Positions 49,328-59,788 of a stretch of 64,000 nucleotides of DNA are shown in pieces. The position numbers and the translations under genes were made by a program. The notes under the pieces were generated by a model. That model saw only the letters and a list, made by a program, of their open reading frames with translations. It was not told where the DNA came from and did no database searches. Source of the stretch: Candidatus Krumholzibacteriales bacterium (lineage in GTDB: Bacteria; Krumholzibacteriota; Krumholzibacteriia; Krumholzibacteriales; WJIX01); assembly GCA_046483305.1 (NCBI GenBank), contig JAWODM010000066.1, positions 1-64,000 on the forward strand, given 5' to 3'. How positions within the stretch are numbered: the first letter of the stretch is position 1; each line of letters opens with the position of its first letter.

Positions 49328-50992
49328 TTAAGATTCTGACGCTCTCTCCAGTTTCTTCATAACCGAGAATATCAGAATAGCAGAGAGGAAACAGAGAACT
49401 ATCAGAAGCAGGAAGAACTGCCACAGTTCCCATATTTCCCAGAAGTATCCAACCAGGCCCGCCATAAGGTTTCCTACGGCAGTGGCTGCCAGCCAGCCTC
49501 CCTGCATGGTACCCTTGTATTTGGGCGGGGACACCTTCGAAACGAAGGATATACCCATCGGAGACAGGCATAACTCCGCTATGGTAACCGTAAAATACGT
49601 TCCTATCAGCCAGTAAGGAGACCTGACCGCCTCGGAAACACCTCCCTGAAGAGTGTTGGGAGACTTGAGGCCTACCGAGGCCAGCATCATCAGCCCGAAG
49701 GAGATACCGGTTATTATCATACCGATACCTATCTTCTTGGGTGTACTCGGTTCCTTATCTCTCTTCTGCAGGAAGGAGAAGAACCCGATAACTAATGGAG
49801 TGAGGAACACGATGAATATCGGGTTGAAATGCTGGAACATCTGAGGGCTTATCCGCATGGTGTCATTATATCCACTGATAACTATATACGAGATTATCAG
49901 GCCCGCTACAAAGAGAACTCCGCCGATAACCCTCTCTCTTCCCTTGCTCGTCTTCCGCAGCAGGAAAACCAGCCCTATAATAGCTCCTATCACCGGCAGG
50001 AAAGATTTAAGGTTAAAGAACGTATATGTCAGGTCGCTGACCTTCCTGGCGGTGTAATCCCTGGCGAATATACTGAGCGTAAATCCGTTCTGGTGGAATG
50101 TCATCCAGAAGAACATCACCACAAAGAATACAAAGAAAAGCGCGAACAGGCGGTCTTTGGTCTGCTGGGGAGTAAGCTCGACGACCTGGTCCCTGTGTTC
50201 TTCGCTCATCGACTTCTGCTTTTCGGTCATGTCCGCCGACTTGTAATGCTTTCTGAAAATCACAAAGATCAGCAGCGAGATTATCATGCTTACCGCAGCT
50301 ACGGCGAACGCTCCGTTATACGCGGAACTTACGCTATTCAGGTAACTCGAAGCGAATGTTCCCAGATCGGCAGGGACTGACCCCAGCTGTTCGGCGGCCA
50401 GTTCCTTGAACTCTTCCAGGTTTTCGAGATTGTTATTAATGTACCTGTTCCCCAGATCAACTATCCTCTGGTTATAAAAGAAGCCATCCTTGCCGAGAAT
50501 CCAGTTTATGGCGCCGGTAGCCGCCGAAGGGGCAAAGAAGGCTCCTATGTTTATCCCCATATAAAAGATATTGAAGGCGTAATCCCTCACATGCTCGTAC
50601 TTGGGGTGATCGTACATATTGCCGACCAGGGCCTGAAGGTTACCCTTGAACAGTCCTGTTCCGGCAGCGATTACAAAGAGCGATATGGCGAGAAGGATAT
50701 AACCCTTCCCCGGAATTGCCAGTAATCCATACCCCACGAACAGTACCACCGTTCCCAGTGCAATGGTCTTTCCATATCCCAGCCATTGATCGGCTATCAT
50801 ACCTCCAAACAGTGGAAGAAAGTATATTCCGAACAGGAAGGCGCCGTAAACAGCCCCCGCTGTCTGGGCATTCCACTGAAAAGTAGCCTGGAGATAGTAC
50901 ACAAAAATTGAAAGCATCGTATAGTAGCCGAATCTCTCGCCCATATTGGCGAAGAAGGCCACGAACAATCCTTTCGGGTGTTCTTTTAGCAT
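49328..50992 (-). CDS. POT/PTR family proton-dependent oligopeptide transporter
   Basis: HPKGL, ERFGYY, GTGLFK, FYMGINIGA, AELCLSPMG. Confidence 0.93.
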   Translation of the reverse strand: MLKEHPKGLFVAFFANMGERFGYYTMLSIFVYYLQATFQWNAQTAGAVYGAFLFGIYFLPLFGGMIADQWLGYGKTIALGTVVLFVGYGLLAIPGKGYILLAISLFVIAAGTGLFKGNLQALVGNMYDHPKYEHVRDYAFNIFYMGINIGAFFAPSAATGAINWILGKDGFFYNQRIVDLGNRYINNNLENLEEFKELAAEQLGSVPADLGTFASSYLNSVSSAYNGAFAVAAVSMIISLLIFVIFRKHYKSADMTEKQKSMSEEHRDQVVELTPQQTKDRLFALFFVFFVVMFFWMTFHQNGFTLSIFARDYTARKVSDLTYTFFNLKSFLPVIGAIIGLVFLLRKTSKGRERVIGGVLFVAGLIISYIVISGYNDTMRISPQMFQHFNPIFIVFLTPLVIGFFSFLQKRDKEPSTPKKIGIGMIITGISFGLMMLASVGLKSPNTLQGGVSEAVRSPYWLIGTYFTVTIAELCLSPMGISFVSKVSPPKYKGTMQGGWLAATAVGNLMAGLVGYFWEIWELWQFFLLLIVLCFLSAILIFSVMKKLERASES

Positions 50993-51146
50993 ATCAACTC
51001 CTTCGGAATAAAAGAATGGTGATAAAGCTTTAATTCTCCTGCCTGAATCCGCGGTTTCCTTCCTTTTAGGGTATGCTTCATCACCTCCTTGACAGCTGCA
51101 CGCAGGATTGACCTATCTTTAAATATTCAGAAGCAGATTTCAAGGA

Positions 51147-51797
51147 TTATTTATTCTGCTCCTTTATTAGTTTTTTCAGTCCCTTCAGATCCACCAGCTC
51201 GAATATCATTCTGGAATCGTCCCTGGTTCCCCCCGAAACCGTAACTACCGCGCCACCGCGAATAGCCGATATTTCGCCATCTTCCTTATCCTCTCCAATC
51301 AGAACATCCCATCCGTCCTTCTCCTCAATGGTCGGCACCTCCGCTCCATGCTGTTTGGCCGCCATCTGCATCATGGGATTGTCCTTCAACGACTTTACTG
51401 CAAGCTCGTACTGGTTGTAAATCTTGGGAGAGTTGGAAATCATAAGTGCTACCCTGGTCCCGTCCGACTCCCTGGTGTAGTCCCTTGAGACCGAGTTGGT
51501 GGCGATAGACATCTCATTTGAGCTAACTGTCCCGGTCTGGACATCAATCTCATCCCCGGCCCAGCCTGACGGAGGTTCGGGAATGAATGCCCGCAATGAT
51601 ACGGCTGTCTTTTTCTGAATGACCCCGGCAATGCGGCTGAATATATCCGCTGCCTTATTGTACTTCCCATCCCTGTAAGCCTCTCTGCCCTTTTCAATCA
51701 GTTTCTCGACATCCTCCTCCTGGCCGGCGGAAAGGGCCGGGACAGCCAGAGCGGCCAGCAGTACAACTGCCAATAGTAACCGGATACCGCGTTTCAT
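51147..51797 (-). CDS. Hypothetical secreted protein
   Basis: Signal peptide, AAGGAGG RBS. Confidence 0.75.
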   Translation of the reverse strand: MKRGIRLLLAVVLLAALAVPALSAGQEEDVEKLIEKGREAYRDGKYNKAADIFSRIAGVIQKKTAVSLRAFIPEPPSGWAGDEIDVQTGTVSSNEMSIATNSVSRDYTRESDGTRVALMISNSPKIYNQYELAVKSLKDNPMMQMAAKQHGAEVPTIEEKDGWDVLIGEDKEDGEISAIRGGAVVTVSGGTRDDSRMIFELVDLKGLKKLIKEQNK

Positions 51798-51902
51798 AAT
51801 AAACCTCCTTCGATTAATCCTTCAAGCAACCAGCATTATACGAAAAAATATTATATATTAAAATTGCCGGAACTGTAAACATTATTGAATCCCGAATCCG
51901 GG

Positions 51903-53288
51903 TCAGCTCCATCCACTGAGTACCGGCCAGATCAGCAGAATCAGGGAAATAAAGAAGAAACAGACCTGCATGGGGAAATTCCACCGGAACCATTTCTCGT
52001 AAGGTATCCTGGCCATCGCCAGGGTTCCCACCGTAACTCCCGATGTGGGTATAATCATATTGGTGAAACCGTCCCCCAGCTGGTAGGCCAGCACTGCGGT
52101 CTGCCTGGTAATGCCTGAAAGGTCCGCCAGGGGGGCCATCACCGGCATGGTCAGCGCCGCCTTGGTTGATCCGCTCGGTATGAAGAAGTTGAACACCAGC
52201 TGGATAACGTACTGAACGTCGGCGGCGATGATCCTGGGCATCCCGGAGACCGACTGCGCCATATAATAAAGGATGGTATCCATTATACCGCCCTGCTCCA
52301 GAATCACGATAATACCTCCCACGAAGCCGACTACCAGCGCGGCGGATACTATATCCCCGCACCCCTTTATGAAGAAATTCGCTATCTCGTTCATTCCCTG
52401 CCCCGCCACTATGGCGCTGGCCAGCCCCATCGCCAGGAAAAGCCCCGCTATCTCCTTGATGTACCACTGGAAGAGAATCACTCCCACTATCATGGATACA
52501 ATCCCGGCCAGAAGAATCAACAGGCAGGCGCCGTGCCTCCAGGTAAACTCTCTGATCGAATCCTGCTGCCTCTTCAGCTCCCGGCGCCTTTTCTCGTCGT
52601 AATCGTGCATGGAGCTCCTACGCGGCTCTTTCTTTATCCTGGCCGCGTAAACCATCACCCAGGCGATGGTGAAACCGGTCACTATGAACCATATAATCAC
52701 CCGGTATCCCATTCCGGACAGCGGTTTTATGCCGGAGAGCCCCTGTGCGATCTGCAGAGTGAAAGGATTGATGAACGCCCCGGCGAACCCTACACCGGCG
52801 GCAAGGAAAGTAAGGCATACCCCCACTATCGAATCGTACCCCAGGCTTATAGCCAGGGGAACGAATATCAGAACGAAAGGCATCGCCTCCTCGCACATCC
52901 CGAAAACCGCCCCGAACAGCGAGAAGATGATCATCACTATCGGAATGATCAGGAATTCCCTGCCTTCCAGCACATCCACCAGCTTCCCGATCCCGGCTGT
53001 TATTGAACCGGTCTCGTTAAGCATATAGAAAGCTCCTCCCACAATGAAGATGAAGGCAATGATCTCGGCCAGCTTAAGAAATCCCTTTATCGGAGCGGTG
53101 AATATTTCCAGGCCCTGCGGGTTGGACTCTGTTTTCTTGAAGGTCCCCTCCACGATGACAGTACGCTCCACCCCTTTGACCTCCTTCTGCTCCCTGTCGT
53201 ATTCTCCCCCCGGAAGTATCCAGGTCAGAACGGCGGAGATGACAATCAGGGCAAATACAATCACGAAGACGTTGGGGATCTTTTTCAT
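51903..53288 (-). CDS. YfcC/DcuC-like transporter (putative basic amino acid antiporter)
   Basis: LTWILPGGEY, GMCEE, NPFT, PSGS, AYQLGDG. Confidence 0.9.
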   Translation of the reverse strand: MKKIPNVFVIVFALIVISAVLTWILPGGEYDREQKEVKGVERTVIVEGTFKKTESNPQGLEIFTAPIKGFLKLAEIIAFIFIVGGAFYMLNETGSITAGIGKLVDVLEGREFLIIPIVMIIFSLFGAVFGMCEEAMPFVLIFVPLAISLGYDSIVGVCLTFLAAGVGFAGAFINPFTLQIAQGLSGIKPLSGMGYRVIIWFIVTGFTIAWVMVYAARIKKEPRRSSMHDYDEKRRRELKRQQDSIREFTWRHGACLLILLAGIVSMIVGVILFQWYIKEIAGLFLAMGLASAIVAGQGMNEIANFFIKGCGDIVSAALVVGFVGGIIVILEQGGIMDTILYYMAQSVSGMPRIIAADVQYVIQLVFNFFIPSGSTKAALTMPVMAPLADLSGITRQTAVLAYQLGDGFTNMIIPTSGVTVGTLAMARIPYEKWFRWNFPMQVCFFFISLILLIWPVLSGWS

Positions 53289-53626
53289 ACCTTCCTCCAC
53301 GTGGGCTTATAAAAAATATTCATACATCGATATTAACCGGCCGGCCCGGTTCAGGTTGTTATAATAAACTAATATCTCAGGCGGGTAAAACCAAATTCCG
53401 GGGAATCGGGAATGCCCCGCTCTACCGATTCAGAGCCTGGTTATTCGCGTTTGGGATCTCGCATAGACAGAAGGAACGCAAAAATTTTTTGTTGATATTG
53501 GAACTTGATTTTCAATATTTTATATAAATAATCAAAACATCAACTGTTTCAGGCTTCGGTCAGTTCAGGAGCCTGAATTTTATTGAAGTTAATCATTTAC
53601 GGCAAACAACCGGGGAGCGGAGAATC

Positions 53627-54616
53627 ATGGCAATAGACGTAAAACAGATCGGAGAAAAGGTAAAGAAAGAGAGCGAGACTCTTCAGAAGATCAAGGCTGA
53701 ATTCGCCAGGGTAATAGTGGGGCAGGAATACCTCATAGACAGGTTCCTGATAGGGCTTATCTGCAATAACCATATTCTGATCGAGGGAGTTCCGGGGCTG
53801 GCCAAGACGCTGGCCATCACCACCCTTTCCAGAACCATTCAGGCGGGATTTCAGAGGATTCAGTTCACCCCTGACCTTCTCCCGGCGGACCTTCTGGGGA
53901 CATTGATCTACAACCCGCGGTCGGGAGAGTTCACCACCAAGAAGGGCCCGCTCTTCACCAATATAATCCTGGCCGACGAAATCAACCGGGCCCCCGCCAA
54001 GGTTCAGAGCGCCCTTCTGGAGGCGATGCAGGAAAGGCAGATTACCATCGGCAAGGAAAGCTTCATGCTGGACGATCCGTTCATGGTGCTGGCCACCCAG
54101 AACCCTATCGAGCAGGAAGGGACCTATCCCCTGCCGGAGGCGCAGGTGGACAGGTTCATGCTGAAGCTGAAGATAACCTATCCCAGCCAGGAGGAGGAGA
54201 AGGAGATACTGAAGAGAATGGCAACTTCCAATCCGGATGTGCGGGTAGATCCGGTAATCGAACCCTCCGATATCAGCCGGCTGAGAAAACTGAACGACGA
54301 GATCTATATGGATGAAAAGGTGGAGGATTACATACTGGATATTGTGCAGGCGACCAGGAACCCGGAAAAGTACGACATGGAGATTAAGGACCTGATCCGA
54401 TACGGCGCTTCACCCAGGGCTACACTTTTCCTGGCCATGGCGTCGAGAGCTTACGCCTTCCTGCAGGGAAGGGGTTACGTCACCCCCCAGGATGTAAAAT
54501 CGATAGGGATGGATGTTCTGAGGCACAGGGTGATAATCACCTACGAGGCGGAAGCCGAGGAAAAACAGCCCGAGGATATCGTGGAAACCATATTCGATAC
54601 AGTACCGGTGCCTTAA
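53627..54616 (+). CDS. moxR: MoxR family AAA+ ATPase
   Basis: EGVPGLAKT, RIQFTPDLLPAD, DEINRAP, ATQNPIEQEGTY. Confidence 0.96.
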   Translation: MAIDVKQIGEKVKKESETLQKIKAEFARVIVGQEYLIDRFLIGLICNNHILIEGVPGLAKTLAITTLSRTIQAGFQRIQFTPDLLPADLLGTLIYNPRSGEFTTKKGPLFTNIILADEINRAPAKVQSALLEAMQERQITIGKESFMLDDPFMVLATQNPIEQEGTYPLPEAQVDRFMLKLKITYPSQEEEKEILKRMATSNPDVRVDPVIEPSDISRLRKLNDEIYMDEKVEDYILDIVQATRNPEKYDMEIKDLIRYGASPRATLFLAMASRAYAFLQGRGYVTPQDVKSIGMDVLRHRVIITYEAEAEEKQPEDIVETIFDTVPVP

Positions 54617-54665
54617 GAGAGTAACTTTAAAGCTGAATATATAACCTCAACCGCATTTAACAGAT

Positions 54666-55541
54666 ATGATACCCAGGGAACTGGCAAAAAAGATCAGGGT
54701 GCTCCAGATAACCACCAACAAGGTGGTCAATGATATCCTCGCCGGCGAGTACAAGAGCGTGTTCAAGGGGCGGGGCATGGAGTTCGAGGAAGTCAGGGAG
54801 TACTCTCCCGGCGACGATATCCGAACCATCGACTGGAACGTTACCGCCCGTACCGGCAAACCATACGTCAAAACCTATGTGGAAGAGCGTGAACTGACCA
54901 TCATGTTCATCGTGGATATGTCCGCCTCCGGAGAGTTCGGAAGCGTAAACAAGCTCAAGAATGAAGTGGCGGCGGAGCTCTGCGCCCTGCTGGCATTCTC
55001 CGCTGTCAAAAACAATGACAAGGTCGGCCTGATACTGTTCACCGACCGGGTTGAGAAATTCATCCCGCCCAAGAAGGGAACCACCCATGTCCTCAGGGTT
55101 ATCCGGGAACTTCTCAGTTTCAAACCGAAGAAGAGCAGCACCGATATAGCCGGGGCCCTGGATTACTTCGGGAGGATCGCATCCAAGAGCGCGGTGGTAT
55201 TTCTGGTATCAGACTTCCTGGCTGAAGGATTCGAGAAACCGATGAGCATTATCAGCAAGAAGCACGACCTGATCGCCGCCACTGTAATAGATCCCCGGGA
55301 GAAATCGCTCCCCGACGTGGGCCTGGTGGAGCTGGAAGATGCCGAGACCGGCGAAACAATTCTGATAGATACCGGAAGCCGTGATGTAAGAAACAGGTAC
55401 AGGGACCTGGGAGAGCAGCAGTCCGGGCAGTTCAGAAACATGTTCTCATCCATGGGAGTGGATCATATAGAGATAAGGACCGATAGGGATTACGTTCCCG
55501 AGCTGGTGAAGTTCTTCCGGATCAGGGAGAGAAGGTATTAA
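54666..55541 (+). CDS. DUF58 domain protein
   Basis: GRGMEFEEVREY..GDDIRTIDWNVTAR, EERE. Confidence 0.95.
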   Translation: MIPRELAKKIRVLQITTNKVVNDILAGEYKSVFKGRGMEFEEVREYSPGDDIRTIDWNVTARTGKPYVKTYVEERELTIMFIVDMSASGEFGSVNKLKNEVAAELCALLAFSAVKNNDKVGLILFTDRVEKFIPPKKGTTHVLRVIRELLSFKPKKSSTDIAGALDYFGRIASKSAVVFLVSDFLAEGFEKPMSIISKKHDLIAATVIDPREKSLPDVGLVELEDAETGETILIDTGSRDVRNRYRDLGEQQSGQFRNMFSSMGVDHIEIRTDRDYVPELVKFFRIRERRY

Positions 55542-55574
55542 TACTCAAGTCACCGATAACCAAACGGAGAGATT

Positions 55575-56654
55575 ATGAGCAACGAACTGAATCTGTCACT
55601 CAATGACGAAAATAAACAAGGGGGGTCCGGGGGGAAAGGGCTGTATATTCTGCTGGCCCTCACACTGATAATAGCTTCGGCGACTCTTGCCACCGTAATT
55701 ATCCTTCATGGCGGAGAAGCGCAAATCGGCGGCGGAGGGTCAGGAGAGCGCCTGGAAGAGCTGGCCCTGAAGCTGGAAAAGAGAGAATTGGGCGCGGAAG
55801 CTGCGGATGCCTGGAAGGAATATCTGGAAGCGGCCGATCCGGACCGGGAAGAGAGCGGGAAGATATGGTACCGGATAGGAAAAATTTACCAGGAGAACGG
55901 CGATTACCCGGGGGCCCTGGCAGCATATTACCGGGCGGAGAGCTTCGGGCCGCTGGAAGGGCTGGAGAATGATATTTCCGGCAGAGTCACCGAATGCCTC
56001 GAGATGATGGGAAAATTCAGCGCTCTGGAGAGCGAACTGGCTGACAGGACATCGATATCCGAACGCCCCCCGGAAGGGAAGGTGATCGCGGAAATCGGAA
56101 GCAGAAAGATAACCGATACCGAGGTCAAGCAGATGATCGAGGACGAGATTGACAACGCCATAGAAGGGGCAGCGCCGGGCCTGGCCGGAGAACAGAGAAA
56201 CAGGCAGAAGGAGATGATGATCGAAAACGCCATGAAACCGGAGAACCGGAAGCAGTGGATCAGCAACTACATCGCGAAAGAGCTGATCTACCGGGAAGCG
56301 GTCAGGGACGGCCTCCACCGCGACCCTGAATACAAACGGATTTGCGAAAAGGAAGAAAGGGACCTGCTGGTGCAGAGATACCTGAATCTGCTTTACGGCA
56401 GGAAGATCAATATTACTGAGGACACTCTCCGGGATTATTACCGGAATAACAGCAGTGAGTTCACCGGCGCCGACGGCGGGCAGCTCAATTTCGAAGAGGC
56501 CATGCAGCAGGTCTACGCCAGGGTAAGGATGAGAGAGGAAAACCGGGTGCAGCAGGAGCTGATGAACAGGCTCAGAGACAGCTACGACATGGTCATTCAC
56601 AGTTCCACCCTGAGCGCCCCTGCAGATTCACTGGGCAGCCTGCCCGTGGAATGA
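55575..56654 (+). CDS. Membrane-anchored TPR plus SurA/PrsA-like chaperone-domain protein
   Basis: N-terminal TM, TPR, VIAEIG..KIT, ELIYREA...GL, ITEDTLRDYY, FEEA. Confidence 0.7.
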   Translation: MSNELNLSLNDENKQGGSGGKGLYILLALTLIIASATLATVIILHGGEAQIGGGGSGERLEELALKLEKRELGAEAADAWKEYLEAADPDREESGKIWYRIGKIYQENGDYPGALAAYYRAESFGPLEGLENDISGRVTECLEMMGKFSALESELADRTSISERPPEGKVIAEIGSRKITDTEVKQMIEDEIDNAIEGAAPGLAGEQRNRQKEMMIENAMKPENRKQWISNYIAKELIYREAVRDGLHRDPEYKRICEKEERDLLVQRYLNLLYGRKINITEDTLRDYYRNNSSEFTGADGGQLNFEEAMQQVYARVRMREENRVQQELMNRLRDSYDMVIHSSTLSAPADSLGSLPVE

Positions 56655-57694
56655 TTATTATGAAAGTAACCACAAGATACATGAATATCTCCTTTCTTCT
56701 GTTGTTGACCGGCCTGTTTCTGGCAGGTTGCGGAGGCCAGAACGATGAAAACGCAGGAGGAAAGAGCTACCGGATTGACAGGGTATTCCGGAGGGGCCCG
56801 GTGAACTTCCGGGTAGCGGTAAGCAGCGGGGAGATAACCATAGCCGATAATATCGAGCTGCTGCTGCAGGTAGAATCGGAGCAGGGGTATACCGCGCAGC
56901 TTCCCACCTTCGGAGAAAAACTCGAGAATTTCGGGATAGTGGACTACCGGACCCTGGAGCCGGAACTGGAGGATGACGGAGCGGTGGTAAAATCCCGCAC
57001 CTACCTGCTGGAGCCTTTCCTCTCCGGTGAATACACCATACCGCCGATGACTGTGGACTTTTGGAGCGATCAGGACACTACAGTTCATCATCTGAGCTCC
57101 GACACCATCAGGGTAAATGTTCTTTCCCTGATGCCCGGCGAAGACGATATGGAAGACGTTCTGGACCTGACCATACGGGATATAGCGGGGCCGGAAGTGA
57201 TGCCGGGCGAGATTCCCTGGGCATTGATAGCAACCGGCGCTGTCATACTGCTTGGAACAGGGGGAGTAGTAATATACAGGCGAAGAAAATCAAGACAGGG
57301 AGAACTTCCTTCCCCGGAGGCGCATGAGATAGCGCTGTCCCGGCTGAAGAGGCTGCTGGAGAGAGACCTGACCGGCCAGAAGCGGTATGTCGAATTCACC
57401 ATAGAGGTATCAGACATACTTAGAGGGTATATCGAGGACCGGTTCGGGATACATGCCCCGGAGATGACCACCGAAGAGTTTCTTCATGAATCGGGAGACA
57501 GCGCCCTGCTTTCACCCGAACACAAAAAGATACTGGAGAGCTTCCTGACTCACAGCGACCTGGTCAAATTCGCCAGGCTGAATCCGGCCGAAGAGGATGT
57601 TCAACGCACCTTCGATACCTGCAGAGATTTCATCAACGAAACGAAGATAGAGAGGGAGGTGAACGGGGAAAAAGCCCGGACAGCCCCAGCATGA
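56651..57694 (+). CDS. Bat-operon membrane lipoprotein (BatD-like N-terminal domain)
   Basis: Lipobox LAGC, TM, LRGYIEDRF...EMTTEE, DLVKFA. Confidence 0.8.
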   Translation: MIIMKVTTRYMNISFLLLLTGLFLAGCGGQNDENAGGKSYRIDRVFRRGPVNFRVAVSSGEITIADNIELLLQVESEQGYTAQLPTFGEKLENFGIVDYRTLEPELEDDGAVVKSRTYLLEPFLSGEYTIPPMTVDFWSDQDTTVHHLSSDTIRVNVLSLMPGEDDMEDVLDLTIRDIAGPEVMPGEIPWALIATGAVILLGTGGVVIYRRRKSRQGELPSPEAHEIALSRLKRLLERDLTGQKRYVEFTIEVSDILRGYIEDRFGIHAPEMTTEEFLHESGDSALLSPEHKKILESFLTHSDLVKFARLNPAEEDVQRTFDTCRDFINETKIEREVNGEKARTAPA

Positions 57695-57695
57695 T

Positions 57696-58754
57696 ATGAA
57701 ATTCGCCAGCCCATGGATATTCCTGCTGCTTCTTCTTATCCCCCTCTATCTCCTTTATGCCGCCAGATTCCAAGCCAGGGGATCGCTGAGATTCTCAACC
57801 CTTATTAACGCTTCCAGGGCGGGGAAGTCTCTCAGGCAGAGACTGGCCTCCCTGCCGGCCTGGCTGAGGATAATAGCTATAATTCTGCTGGTAACCGCCC
57901 TGGCCCGGCCTCAGATGGGAAGGGAGAAGGTAAAGGATGTTACCAGAGGTGTGGCGATAGAAATGGTGATTGACCGTTCGGGAAGCATGGAAGCGGAAAT
58001 GGAATACAACAACAGGAGAATGAACCGGCTGGAAGTGGTCAAAAGGGTGTTCAGGGAATTTCTGATGGGTAACGGAAAGGACCTGGAGGGAAGGCCGAAC
58101 GACCTGGTCGGTATAATATCTTTCGCCAGGTATGCGGATACGGTGGCGCCGCTGACCCTGGGGCACGGAGCCCTGCTGAGGTTTCTGGAAAGCACCAGAA
58201 TAGTCAAGAGAAGAAGCGAGGATGGAACCGCCATAGGTGACGCCCTCGCCCTGGCCGCGGCCAGGCTCAAAACCGCCGGCGAGAATATAACCGCCAGCGG
58301 CAAGGACCCGGAGAAGAGCGAATACAAGATTGACAGCAAGATCATTATTCTGCTCACGGACGGGCAGAATAACTTCGGAAGAAGGACCCCGATTGAAGCT
58401 GCCGAGCTGGCCGCCAGATGGGGCATCAAGATATACGCCATAGGGGTTGGAGGCGAAGGAATCAGTACCGTACAGACCATCCTGGGGAATTTCAAGGTCC
58501 CGTCCGGAAGCAGGATCGACATGAAAACCCTGGAGAGGATATCCGAGATTACCAATGGAATAAGCAGACGGGCTGAAGATGAAGAATCGCTGCGTAAAAT
58601 ATACGCGGAGATCGACCAGCTGGAGAAGAGTGAAATAGAATCGATCCGTTATGTCGATTACCGTGAAATGTTCGTTCCATTCTCGCTGGCGGCCCTTATT
58701 CTTATAATACTTGAGAGGGCGCTGGCCTGCTCGATTTTCAGGAGGATACCTTAA
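57696..58754 (+). CDS. batA: BatA-like vWA domain protein
   Basis: ALARPQ, MIDAS DRSGSM, TAIGDA, LLTDG. Confidence 0.9.
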   Translation: MKFASPWIFLLLLLIPLYLLYAARFQARGSLRFSTLINASRAGKSLRQRLASLPAWLRIIAIILLVTALARPQMGREKVKDVTRGVAIEMVIDRSGSMEAEMEYNNRRMNRLEVVKRVFREFLMGNGKDLEGRPNDLVGIISFARYADTVAPLTLGHGALLRFLESTRIVKRRSEDGTAIGDALALAAARLKTAGENITASGKDPEKSEYKIDSKIIILLTDGQNNFGRRTPIEAAELAARWGIKIYAIGVGGEGISTVQTILGNFKVPSGSRIDMKTLERISEITNGISRRAEDEESLRKIYAEIDQLEKSEIESIRYVDYREMFVPFSLAALILIILERALACSIFRRIP

Positions 58755-58759
58755 TAAAT

Positions 58760-59788
58760 ATGCATTTCGGCAACCTGAATATGTTTCTTCTGCTCTGGAT
58801 TCTGCCTCTGATAGCAGGGTTTTACCTCTACGCGTCGTACAGGAGAAAGAGGGACCTCAGGATATTCATAGAGAGCGGCCTGCTGGACAGAATCTCCATG
58901 ACCGCGGATAAGACCAGAAGAACCTGGAAAGCTGTACTGGTGATTCTGGGAGCGGCGTTTATTATTATCGCGCTGGCCAGGCCCGCCTGGAACCCCAGAT
59001 CGAGAACCATAGAGAGGACCGGAAGGGATATTATCTTCATCCTGGATGTTTCACGGAGCATGCTGGCTGAGGACCTGGCGCCCAACCGGCTGGAAAGGGC
59101 CAAGTTCGCCATAAGCGATATGATATCCACCCTGAAGGGAGACCGGGTCGGGCTGATCGTGTTCTCCGGGTCCAGCGTTCTCAAATGCCCTCTTACCCTT
59201 GACTACGGATTCTTCCGGTATATGCTGGAAGATGTGAGTACCGGAAGTGTTACCCGGGGCGGAACCATGATCGGAGACGCGGTCCGGAAAGCCCTCGATG
59301 AAGGTTTCGACGATCAGGAGAAGAAATACAAGGATATCATCCTGATCACCGACGGGGAGGATCACGACTCCTTCCCGGTCCGGGCGGCGGAGGAGGCGGC
59401 GCAGCGCGGCATAAGAATAATCGCCATAGGGCTGGGGAATGAAGATGAGGGAAAGAGAATCCCGGTAAGGGATGAGAACGGTAATATGACTTTCCTGAAA
59501 TACCGCGGAAGAGAGGTTTGGACGAAACTGGATGCCACTACTCTCAGGAAGATGGCGAATGCCACCGAAGGAGGCAGATACCTTAATGTGGCAACCGGAA
59601 CTATAGACCTCGGCGAGGTATATAATAAATTGATCGCCGGAGAGGACAAGAGAAAAATAGAGGCGAAAACCATAGATATGTACGAAGATAAATTTCAGAT
59701 ATTCATAGCTGCGGCCCTGATTTTCCTGACAGTTGAACTGTTCATCAGGGAACGGAAGAGAAAAAAGCATGAGAACCGGCAAGTTTGA
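58760..59788 (+). CDS. batB: BatB-like vWA domain protein
   Basis: ALARP, DVSRSM, PNRLERAK, PLTLD, LITDGEDH. Confidence 0.9.
   Translation: MHFGNLNMFLLLWILPLIAGFYLYASYRRKRDLRIFIESGLLDRISMTADKTRRTWKAVLVILGAAFIIIALARPAWNPRSRTIERTGRDIIFILDVSRSMLAEDLAPNRLERAKFAISDMISTLKGDRVGLIVFSGSSVLKCPLTLDYGFFRYMLEDVSTGSVTRGGTMIGDAVRKALDEGFDDQEKKYKDIILITDGEDHDSFPVRAAEEAAQRGIRIIAIGLGNEDEGKRIPVRDENGNMTFLKYRGREVWTKLDATTLRKMANATEGGRYLNVATGTIDLGEVYNKLIAGEDKRKIEAKTIDMYEDKFQIFIAAALIFLTVELFIRERKRKKHENRQV

Noticed and set aside
53495..53518. Sigma-54-like site or imperfect palindrome upstream of moxR
   Set aside because: The -12 GC is missing (TGGAACTTGATTTTCA), and the repeat is weak in AT-rich sequence.
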